Below, piece after piece: positions 1 to 14,320 of a stretch of 64,000 bases of DNA (positions are counted from its first letter, which is position 1; each line of letters begins with the position of its first letter). Location of the stretch: contig CM060731.1 in the NCBI GenBank assembly GCA_030704615.1, forward strand, positions 90,768,001-90,832,000, given 5' to 3'. The stretch comes from Takakia lepidozioides (lineage: Eukaryota; Plantae; Bryophyta). The notes under the pieces are model-generated. The model was given only the letters and a program-made list of their open reading frames with translations, was not told the DNA's origin and ran no database searches. Position numbers and translations under genes: made by a program.

Positions 1-652
1 AGTCAAATGACAACCCTAAGTCATACCCTTTTTCTTGACTATGTCAAGAAGGGGAAGAGATCCACATGGGCAGTGTGCTCTTAAAGGCTATGCCTTGTGT
101 TCAGTAAATCCACTGCTGGTTGTTGCAACTCTGTGGATTGCAAATGATGAAGGCCGCTCCTATAACCAAAGCCCTCACTCTGAGGGGCTGGGTTGTGGGG
201 CTTGTGTAGGGTACCTCTCTCTGATAAGATCATAAGCTCTTTGAGCATCCAATGGATGTTAGAATGCTCCTTCTATCTCTCTCTCACAGATAATACTCCA
301 TGGCCACAAAGATGCAGAATGAAAAGTATAATTCAGCATCGGAAAATGACAGCCGCACTCCATGTTCATGAACCTTGCACACAATATCCACTGATGTTTT
401 AAGGTTCTTTCTCACACATACTCCATAGCCTGAAAGATACAGTAACAAAAGTCTCATTCAGCATTGTCAAATGACAGCCAGAATCAAAGTTCATGAGCTT
501 CTGCACACAATGCCCACGACGTTTTAGGTTCCTTGTCTATACTCTACGAGAAACAGTAAAACTCCCAAGTTCATTAACTTCATCATACGCAATGCTTTAT
601 CTGCTGGACAAAAAGGAGACAAGGAAATAAACATAGGATCCAACAAACACAC

Positions 653-3775
<3,123 letters not shown>

Positions 3776-4087
3776 TGCCACAATAAACAACTTACACGAA
3801 CGGGTAAAGAGAGAGACAGGGGGATCTGCACAGGAGAAAGGAAATTGAAAGACTTGGAGGCTGAAAGAATGCCGAATGTGGAAGTGGAAGAACTTGAGAG
3901 CGAGCGGCGAGTCGCTCTTGGTTTGTTTAGGGTTTCCGTATCTGTACATCAAACCAGACGGCGGCCTTACGGGCTACACAGCTTTTTTTCTCATTTTTCA
4001 AAAGTAGAGCGAGCGGCCACCTACGGTGTATTCTACCCAGCGCCCTTAGGTGGCGAAAAAACGAGCTACAACCTTTAGATAGGTCGC

Positions 4088-4251
4088 TATATGTCAGGGG
4101 CACGTTTTAAAGATCGACGATGGGAGTACATACGGATTTATTGACGACAACCTTAGGCCAACTTCCATCTATATGCCAGGTGGCACTTTTTAAAGATCCA
4201 CGATGGGAGTCATACGGATTTATTGACAACAACCTTAGGGCCAACTTCCAT
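4088..4251. repeat. Tandem duplication of about 82 bp upstream of PRMT10
   Basis: tatatg...gatgggagt(a)catacggatttattgac.acaaccttagg(g)ccaacttccat occurs twice in a row. Confidence 0.85.
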
Positions 4252-4844
4252 GTCCCGGGCGTCTTGGCCAAGTTATCCTAACTTGGCCAACGTTGGAGCG
4301 TTGCCCACCGACGCTAGGGCATGTCATTTTTATGTGAGGAGGTTCCAGGTCACTTGGAGGTGGTAGGTCCCAGCGAATGCTTTGATATAGGTATGGAGTT
4401 GTTCGGGCTTCAAATCTAGCTACAATTCATCATTAGGGATGGTGTCTTGTGTGTGTGCCTATGGCTAACATACAAGGGGTTTTATAATTCCCTCCTCTCT
4501 TGAATGTGAGTACTCTGTAGAGCCTAAGATCTGCCCTGTACGATATATGCCATCCTATGGACGTGGCTAAACCTGCAACGCATGATCTAGGAGGCCCAAT
4601 GCGTCACAAGGATGGCATCGTCGTCTGATCTAATTAAATTCCGACCCAAATACAAGGGGCCGTTCTTAGTTGTCCAAAAAGTTCCAGGAAGGAAAATTCA
4701 AGTTGGAATCTCAATCTTCTATTGTCACTGCCCCCTCTTATGCTATACCTGGTAGTGATCTTGTTCACTATAAACTCGAATTCGATTTTTCTTGGTTAGA
4801 AAACGTAAGGCTCGCTCCGCACCTTTTGTCACAACAATTCTAGT

Positions 4845-7800
4845 CAGGGATGCCTCGGCGTGAGCGCGTGAGCGCAACTACGCTCACGCCACGTCACCTT
4901 GCGCCAACGCCACATCACGGGGCTCACTCCACGTCATCGCGCTTGAAGGCCCCGTCACCACGCGCCAAGGAAGAAGTGGAGTGTATTCCCGCGGAAGAGC
5001 ATCCTTCACCGCGGAAACAAGCTGGACGACATAATAAAAGGACCTGGTCATTCCCACCTGGAAGCAATAGATGAATGAAGGATGGATGAATGTAGAGTGG
5101 ATGATAAACAGATGGATGAGTGCGAAAAATGAACGTAGATGGATGAATGTGGGATGGGTAATAGTAAAATGGATGAATGTATAATGGATGTTGAATAATG
5201 GAAAACATTCATGACTGGAGGATGCATGAATACAATGTAGATGAATGCACAATGTATATGACATGAGTGTGGTAGGTTTGTGGGGTGGATTACAGAGTAC
5301 AGTGGATGAATGTATAATGGATGTTTAATAAAGGAAAACATTCATGAATGGAACACGCATGAATGCACAGTAGATGAATGCACAATGGATATGACAAGAG
5401 TGAGTGGGGTTTGTGGGATGGATTCATACATATTGCCATTTTAATGAAAGTGGATTCTTTGATTTTCTTTTTTTTCTGCCGGAACAACTACAGTGGAGTA
5501 AGGGGATTCAATGTTTTCCGAAGAGGATGAAACGGAACATTAAAAGAACAAAGTTCAGTCTGACTCAGAGTCAGTACAATGTATCCCCGCGTCCTCTGCA
5601 TCTAAGTCTAAGTATTTAAGAACTCCGGATCTACGCTGGCTACACCTGCGGCCGGGCAATAAAAAGTCAGGGGATATAGACTCGGCCGCATGAAGTGCCA
5701 TTGCTTCGGCATACACAGGAAGCAGAAAATTGGAAAGGGGGCTGTCGAAAACAGACTCGTCACGAATGGGGGTATCTCCTGAAGATCCATCGCTGTCTTT
5801 CCTAAAAGTCACAGCCCGAAAAAAGTTATTACTATAAATTTGATGTCCGAGAAATTGAGTATGGCTCCCAAAATGGGTTTAGGACTTACTCACATGAAAA
5901 GTCGTTGTCGACCTGCTTATCCTCGGGATCGTCATCATTTCGGATTTGAATCCTCTCAGTGTCTGTGCCTGAAGTGGAGCCAGACAAAAGGGGGAGGAGA
6001 ACTGTCTTGTAAAGGTCAGAATCACCCTCCATGCCAAAAAGGCTTCTTCCGCCTGCCTTGCATGCATGGTAAATTGCTCCTGCACCAGACATGAGGACAT
6101 GAACAGGTTGGTGGGGGGGGGGGGGGGATTTAAGAAGATGAAACTGGTGAAAGAAAATCAATTTGGAAGGGAGAGAACGAACCTGTGGACACAGAAAGAT
6201 CGACCACCCGTGCAGAATGGTGGCTGCATGACTCTAGCAGTATCTGCATGAACGTTGGGGTTTTTTTCTTTGCACCTCTCCAGGGAGTGCCATCTGGTCT
6301 CTTGAGAGTCTGACTAGACTGCATGAAGTTGTACAAAATGTCATCGACATGCGGCTCATACGGGGGGTTGACGAAACAACCCTGGTCAGAAATCTCAAAG
6401 CTACGGACGGAGGATGGTGTCTTTGAGGTGCGAATCCTCCGCAGGCAGATCGCCTCGAACATCCTCGTCTGCCAAAGACTGCAGGTTAGGGTGGTAAATA
6501 CAAACTAAAGTGGAAGTTTGTACACTAGAAATTCAAAACAAAGGCATACAACAATCTGTTTTGTCACGAATCTGTCATGATCAGTGTCGATCATTACAGA
6601 TTCTTTTATAGTGGAGCTGCAGAGAACATTGAAACGCAGCATGAAAGCACAAGCAGAAGGGAGACGGCATACCAGCTGACCAGGACAACCTCCTTTCACA
6701 AGGTAGAGGCTGTTCACACAATTTTATGTGCGCAAAACTTCAAACCTAGAGGACTTAAGGTATGATGCCAAGGCTCGACGACTATCTTTGTCACATGATT
6801 GGAACAGCAGAAGTGTCTCTGCATCAGAGAAGAAATTATTACAGAACCCGAACACCCAACTCTAGTAGTTGTCATCGAATTTGTTCCAGCTTGGCGTCTT
6901 GCCCTTCGGAAGAACTTCTGGCACAGCCTGGCCGTCCGGGATGTCGAGAATGTCCATGTCAGCCGCAAATGTTTTCTGCACACCGCACACGAAGGTGGGA
7001 CCGGTGCTCACCTGCAACAGACATGTCAAATTTTAGAACAAAGACAATAATGTTTTCAAAGAACCAAACTTTAACACTGCAAATGACACTTACAGATGCA
7101 AAGGAAAGAAAATCAAATTCTCACCAGATTAAGGAATGAGATCATGTTGTCCCAGGTAGGCGAAGGCACCCCAGTGTATCATCTCTTTCGACTCTGCATC
7201 ATCACCAACCAACCCTCATTGACAATCTTAATCTCGCCTGCCGAATCGGCACGGGAAGGGTGTGGCCTGGCATCGAACACGCACTAAATTGTGCGGGTAT
7301 ACCTTCCAGCAGCGAAGTCCTTCTCACTCTCATTTTCCTTCTCCCTCTCATTTTCTTTCTCCTTCCCCTTGTCCTTTTCCTTCCCCTTGTCTTTTTCCTT
7401 CTCCTTGTCCTTGGACTTGTCTTTGTCCTTTGGCTTTGCTGGTAGCATGGCTATGACATCAAGAGCCTTGTCTTTTGGTTTGCGCCCCGCCTTCTTGCCC
7501 TTCTGCGTCGTATCCTGAGCATCAGGCTCCTTGGCAGCCAATGTTGCTCTGTTTCTTTGGTACTCCTCGTCATTCAGAGGCGCCAACATCTCAGCATTAT
7601 TGTTCAAATATTTCATGTGCTGCTCTTGAAAGGTCGTTGACTCAGGTGGGCAGTCTAGGTACCAACCACAGTCTCTGAAGTGAGAAGGACTCCAGTCCTT
7701 CAATATCCCTGCAGTGTACATGGTGGGATCGTTTGCAGGGTCCGACCACATGTCAAGATAGTCTGGAATACCGCTGAGGTGATTTCCATCCATAAGCACA

Positions 7801-8000
7801 TATTTCGTGTACCTGTGAAACACGAGACAAAACCCAACCCACCAAATCGCGAAGTGAGTAAGCTGCCAGTAGCATAGAATGAAAAAAACGAGGAAGGAAA
7901 TGGAGCTCAGAACAGCTCTAAGGAGCTCTCAGGAGCTCACAACAGCTCTGGATGTGAATGTCGTCAACGACATTCACAAAATTCCATTCAAGGACACTGT
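4845..8000. mobile_element. Truncated copy (A1) of Mutator-like family A: left terminus plus the methyltransferase half of the cargo gene
   Basis: Starts cagggatgcctcggcgtgagc exactly like 51802; colinear with about 51802-54890; homology ends near 8000 where CACTA coding sequence begins. Confidence 0.88.
5555..7812 (-). pseudogene. 3' exons of the ParB-methyltransferase fusion gene (beta-class N4/N6 MTase part), copy A1, 5'-truncated
   Basis: YTKYVLMDGNHL..., ADMDILDIPDG (motif IV-like), KTPTFMQILLESCSHHSARVVDLSVSTG (motif X/I), GAIYHACKAGGRSLFGMEGD. Confidence 0.75.
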
Positions 8001-9506
8001 GAACCCAAATCGCCGTGTATGAGGTCGCGAATTGAGAGGGGCCCCTTGCAATGTCTTGCACCAAATCTGAAATCACCTCTCCTTGAGCAACGACGTCATA
8101 AACTGAAGTCCAAAGCCACTGTTGGAATGAACTTAGAGGCTACAATTCCATGGGCAAATTTGTGAAGGAACATTCCTGCGGCCCACTCCTCGTCATGGGC
8201 GTCTAGTAACCGGCCTTGGATGGTTCCGCCTCCATGCAAGCGTCTCCTCCTCTCGTTGTTGAACAAGATTATTGTATCTTGCATCCCACTCATGTATGGA
8301 TGGGGTGTTCTTCAGTATGAAGTCATGCGCTTGCTCAATCACCAAGGTCGGCAATTTTACCCTCTTCGATTTTTTGGGCAAAACGATGTCCTGGTTCGTG
8401 CATCCTCCTCTTCCTTCGACATCCGAGGGGCTTCCTCATCCACCCTTGTCATGTACTCCGTGCAATAGAACATAGCTTCTTGCAACGTATACCCCTCCGC
8501 CATGCTACCCTCCGGATGCGCCATTTGTCTTACAAATCCTTTCAAAATCTTCATATAACGCTCAAGGAAGTACATTCACCGAGAATGAACGGGGCCGACA
8601 ATCGAAGCCTCTTCCACTAAGTGCACTACCAAGTGCACTTGGATGTCAAAGAAGGAGGGAGGAAGGTGCATCTCCAACATATATATTACCTCCGCCACCT
8701 CCTTCTTCATGCGTGGAAAATCCGCTTCCTCCAACTCTTTGGAGCAAATCCACCGAAACAAGCCTCCCAATCTATAGATTGTCTCACGAACCTCGGGAGT
8801 CAATGTCCCACGTACTGCAATGGGCAAGATGTATCGCAATAGATTGTGGTAGTCGTGAGACTTCAAACCATGGACCCCATCTTCTTCGCTGAACTTCGTA
8901 CGAAGGGATGACCCATAACCAGTTGGTGTTCGGACAGCACTTATGGTGGCTATCACTTTCTTGTATTCCTCCTTTGTCCATTGCCAAGGTGCGCGCCTAT
9001 ACTTCCACCGTACAACACCCTTTGGGTCCACACCATTTTGTTCAACCTATAGATGGCGCATGTGACCCTGCTCCTCAAGCTCATTTCTAACACCGAGAGA
9101 ATCTCCTTTTGCAGCCACTCCCTTCTTTGTCAGCGTGCCATGAAGAACCCGAAAAAAGGGACGCGCGGACATTTTTCTCAATATGCATGGGATCTAGAAG
9201 ATGACGAATCTTCAGGTCCTACATATATCCTCACCCACAAATACCTACACAAATTTTTTTACGTGAAAGTGACAATGCAACGCATACCAAATGTGCAATA
9301 TCACATGCATGCATAGGGATATTGACGGTGTTTTTGTGGAATATGTACCGCCCAATATGACAACTCGTAGAAGATTGAAAGTCGTTTCATGCCGGGCATG
9401 TCCACTTCACCGTCCGTGCCCGCATGGGCCTCCTTCCATTAATCCTCCCAAAACTGCCCGGATGGTGTCATAGGGGGGGGACGTACTTCCTCTTTGCCAT
9501 CAAACA
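8000..9506 (-). pseudogene. CACTA/EnSpm transposase of element CACTA-1, 3' part (DUF4218-like region)
   Basis: PTGYGSSL, GLKSHDYH, LPPSFFDIQVHLVVHL, MYFLERYMKILKG, PEGSMAEGY. Confidence 0.9.
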
Positions 9507-9874
9507 TGTCATGGTTTTAGTCATGGTTAACTAGAATTACCTACGTCTAGTTAACTAGGACATTTTGGATATTTATATTTGTATTTTGTGTGTTGGGACT
9601 TCATTTGGTCTCACATGCCAAGTGAGGTGTCAAACTTCACTTGGGACATGGGGATGGGTTTTTCCCTTGTGAGTGTTGAGGAGGGCTCATCTTCTTGTAG
9701 TTGAGCCTCCGTGAGCCTCTCCCACCTCCATAGCTCTAGGTATTGAGAGGGAGTGTGGTGAGGGCTTTGTAGGGTGGATTCCTTTAGCAAAGGTGCCCTT
9801 GGCTTGACTTAGTTTATGTGATTGAGTGGATTCATGAGTGGAGTGTTTCCATTGTGTGTTCACTTCCATTATCA
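9507..9874 (+). repeat. Left terminal direct repeat A1 of the gypsy element
   Basis: Near-identical to 44798-45165. Confidence 0.92.
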
Positions 9875-11656
9875 CTACAAGAAGATCTCCTTATGCTTGT
9901 GAGTGCGGAGTGTAAGGGTTAGTTTAGCACTTGTGTGTTGGAGAGAGTTTGGTAGAGAGCTCTTGTGTTGCAAGGTGTTGCAGGTGTTGCAAAGGAAAAT
10001 CCTTGTGGCGTGGAGAACATGGATGTTAGGGTTTGAGAAGCATTACTTTGCTCTATAGAGGTGGAGAGCTTTTGAAAAGAGCTCTTGCATCACAAGAGAA
10101 GCGTCTTGTGTGTGGAGAAGATAGACACTAGGGTCTCAAGAGCAAGCTTTAGTTGTTCATGGTGTGAAAGAGAAGCCAAAGAGCGGCACATGCTTGGGTT
10201 GGAAACACCATAGAAGGAGTACAACAAGGGTAGCTTGAGGAGCATTGAGTAGCTCAAGAGAAGCTAAGAAGTGGTTGTTCTATCCATGGTGAAATGAAGC
10301 CAAGTGGGGTTTCATTTGGTTGACAAACAAACAAGCGAAGGCGGCGCTAGAAGGGAGTGCTTTTGCTAGTTCTTTGAGTTCTTGGATTGCTCTTGGTGAA
10401 GCAAGTGATTGACCAAGCAAGTGACGCATGTGTGGAGCATGCTTTCCAAGTGTGGCTTCCAATTCAAGCTTGAGGAGAACTAGAAGGTGAAGTGAGCAAG
10501 TTCATTCCTTGTGTATGAGGTGGTGCATGTTGTGGAAGAAAAGCCAAGGAGCTACATAGGCTAGGGCTTGAAAACAACAAAAGCAACCACTTGGAGAGCA
10601 TCAAGAAGCTCAAGATGACTCCAAAGGGAAGCATGTGGTTGAGAATTCTATCCATGATGATGTGAAACCAAGCCTAGGGTCACTACTACAGAAACCGATT
10701 TTTCCAACACCACCCATAGTTCACACCTGGCACTTTGAACGGCTCTTCTTACACCCATGTGAGACGAGGCAAGGTGTGATTTGGATCATTGTAGGAAAAG
10801 CCACATGGTGTTACAAATTTCACACTCGAATGACACCCATACGGTCAACAGATGTTGACCAAGATAATTCATATGGGGCATTTGACATGAGTGTCAAATG
10901 AGTCATGGAGTGTGAGGTGAGTGTCAGATGTCCTACAGGAATTTGGGGCAACTATATGGCGTGGCACATTGACCATCAAGGTGGATATGACTTGGCCCAT
11001 TGACCATCCAGGTGGAAGATGGATGGATAAAATGACTTCCACCTCTATTCAACATGCCCTGGACGACATAGCACATAGACTTTTGTTTAGAGAATTTAAA
11101 AAGTTCAAAAAGGTTATTAGGGTTATGGGGACCAACAATCCAAAAAGATGCACTGCTCATGCAGCTGACGACAATATCGTTATGAGAATGTCACACTATA
11201 ATGAACAATGTAAAACAATTGCTTTGAGAAGCTATAGATAAAACTACCACATGTCGTCTCAGAGATTTGGGAGCCCGGAAATGTCAATCCCATTTCTGTC
11301 CAGTCAACCGTGACCCTTCACAATGAGACAGTCTGAAGCTGAGCTGAGCACGGATTTCAATCTCTACTAGTCCAACCGTACTAGAGAAATATCCAGTGAT
11401 CCTCAGACAAGGTTTTCTTCGCCACCTTACATAAATTGTTCCCAATGACTCAATCCCTGTCCACATTGTTGCTAGATTCGAGAAGCTTGGACAAAGTGCC
11501 TTGCTCTTTGTGACTGCCTCCTTTTTTGAGACAGCAGGGTTTTTTTGCTACGGGTGTCCTTCACTCACAACCGTCTTTTTTACATTGCGTCCGGGATATC
11601 AATGATCACCCCAGCCTGAATTTTGCCCCACCCTATCAAGCGCCAGTGCTTTTTAA

Positions 11657-12090
11657 CTAGTGCTTTTCAACTCGTCTACTGAGGGCCCCACTTTCTCCCC
11701 TTCGCTGGTACATGTCAAAATCACTCCAAGAGCCATAGTGTTGGAAAACTGCCTTCGCATCCTTGATGCTCCCACATTTGGCATACATGTCCACGAGGGC
11801 ATTGTTCAGAATCACATCAGGTAGAATTCCAGCTTTGACAATGAAGCCATGGACCTCTTCCCTTTTTCCAGAGCTGCCAGGTTTGCCCTTGATGCTCCCA
11901 CATTTGGCATACGAGGCATTTGGCATACCCTTGATGCTCCCCACATTTGGATCGCATTTGTTACAATTCCAACTTTGGTGATGCATCCAAAGCTGCCAGA
12001 CTTGCACACGCACTGCAAACGCACAATCTCGTTCAGCCATAGTGTTGAACACGCATCCTCAGTGCTCCCACATTTGCTATACATGTGTCC
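11657..12090 (-). pseudogene. Captured, degenerate PLS-class pentatricopeptide repeat (PPR) gene fragments
   Basis: EVHGFIVKAGILPDVILNNALVDMYAKCGSIKDAKAVF and MYSKCGSTEDACS; several short KCGSI repeats. Confidence 0.8.
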
Positions 12091-12619
12091 ACCACCAGCT
12101 AACTTGCAGAATTCAACATGGAAATTTAGGGCCGATTCTAATAAGAGGGAAAAACAGGGTGAAATGTGTTGAAGAAGGTGCCCTCATTGCCTGATTTTAC
12201 CAATTGTGTCGCTGCTGCTGCGGCTTCCAGTTGACTATCTACCCATGCAGGTTTCTTGTAGCTATTCTCCCACAAGGAATCATATGCAATGTTGTGCTTG
12301 AAATGTGGCCCTCACCAATGAATCTGGACCCACACTCTATCCCTGCTCCTTCAGCTATCCATGCCTCTGCACAAATCATGCATACATCCTTGCCTTGCTG
12401 GTAGCAGCTGACAATAACAGCCTACATTTGTTCTAGGAAACACCCAACTCAACTTCTCACACTAGTTCATATGCTCAATTGCATCTGCTACTCTCTGTAA
12501 TCCAACAGACATTCACCTTTTTGCCACAATTGGGCCACCATTGATTAGGGTCAGAAAAGTATTCATGCCACAGCTTCATGACTATTTAGGGTTCACTGTC
12601 ACAAATGAAAGTGTGTTTG

Positions 12620-14262
12620 TCAAAATTCTGCCCACCCCAACAGCTCAGTCACTCCCACCCATGTAAGGTACCATGTTGTATCAAGTCTAAACCCTGGAAA
12701 AGTACATGCAATAGCAGAAACCAACTCTACACCATAGCACAAACTGGCTTGGTACCTCCCATGTGGAGCTTGCCTCCGCCTTCTACCATTTCGCCTCTGC
12801 CTTGCAGGTGCATTCAAGTTGGCAATGGCCAATTCATCTGCCTCACTCAAAGGAACACAAACAGTAAGCTCAGTCATGATGTTATGAGGAATTTCAGGAG
12901 GCACCATGCCTACATAAATGTCTCCCTCACCCAGTGCCACTTCTGTAATATCGTGAACCACTCGTCGGGATCGAGGGTCCTTGTGAAGGACCACCTTCCA
13001 GTTCCCTCGTGAACTTTTTTCATCCGAGAAAAAAACTTGCTCCACCTGACTAGGGAATGTCCAGGGCTGCTCCATCCTAGGCAACATGTGCGACTGAAGT
13101 CAACCAAGAGAAAGCCATAATCATCTCGTTTCATGGTGGCATTCCGGCCCACCATGTGTGACCTCACCCATGTACACAAGAACAGAATTGGGTGAAGAAT
13201 TCCGTAATCCAGTTGAATTATTTCTCTTACAACACCCACATATTCCAATTGGGATAACACTCGTTTGGACATACCTGCTCTGTTTTCGCTTTCCTGATGG
13301 AATACTTGAGCAACTCCAGAATCAAATGTCACCCTGTCTCTGGCGCCAGTCCCATCACTTATTGCTCGAAAGTGATTGCCGTAAGCATACATGGACTTGA
13401 AGCCCAATGACTGTACTGCTGGTGGTATACATAAATGGCATATGTCCAAATCATAGGACTCACCTGAACTCACCTTGCGTTGGACAGCACCTTCAATCCA
13501 TTCATGGAATGGAGCCAGTAAGCGCATATCTGTTGGGTATGGAATTTCTCCATTGTGGTGGTCTTGGTCTTGTCCACAAAGGTATGCTGTTCTGAACTCA
13601 GTGCGGGATGCTTCTATGAGTGCCATCTCCTCTTCATAGGCCCTGTCCAAATGAGAATTGCAAATTAGGATTACAGCTTATACCATTGGCAGAAATGAAA
13701 CACACAAGATATGATAAGCAACATACTTACTCAAGGAATGGTTTCATGCAATCTGTGTTGTGCAAAATATACTCGTGTGCACTGTCTCGTTCTTGAATGG
13801 TGAGGACTCGTACAGTTCCCAATCCTTCAACCACCTTCCCACTAACTGAGTCTTCTTCATTGGAGTCCCACACCCTTCGGCTTGTAGCATGAAATTCAGC
13901 CATATACTCAGTTAGAAACCCTAGGGCCTCATCCAAAGCATACCCTTCCGCCATGCTCCCTTCAGGTCGGCTCATATTCCTTACATAGCCTTTTAATGTC
14001 TTCATATACCGTTCCATAGGATACATCCAACGGCTAGACACGGGACCACACACCTCCAATTCGTCCACAAGGTGTACAAGCAAGTGAGTCATGATATCAA
14101 AAAATGACGGAGGGAATTCTTTCTCCAGCAGCCACATAGTCATTGCAACATCTTCTTTTAAGGCCGGTACCTCAGCTGGATTAATGATCTTTGCACACAC
14201 TTTTTGGAAGACTCGAGAAAGCCTCATAATTGCCATCCGTGGACCCTTTCCCAATACCCCTC
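12620..14262 (-). pseudogene. CACTA-2 transposase, 3' exons (DUF4218- and DUF4216-like)
   Basis: FPPSFFDIMTHLLVHL, WMYPMERYMKTLKGYV, PEGSMAEGY; YGNHFR, EYVGVVREII, DDYGF, EQPWTFPSQVEQVFF. Confidence 0.9.
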
Positions 14263-14320
14263 GGCAACAACTCCTTTTTGTGGTGTTTGGCGCTTACGAA
14301 TATGCTGGGTGGTTGGACAG

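Noticed and set aside
4884-5487. His/Ile-rich minus-strand ORFs (also at 51855-52305)
   Set aside because: Products of the GATGAATG low-complexity repeats
9873-9883. CACTACAAGAA, resembling an En/Spm terminus, exactly where repeat A1 ends
   Set aside because: No matching right TIR, TSD or resumption of the B repeat was found; treated as chance, though it could offer another explanation for the missing 5' B repeat
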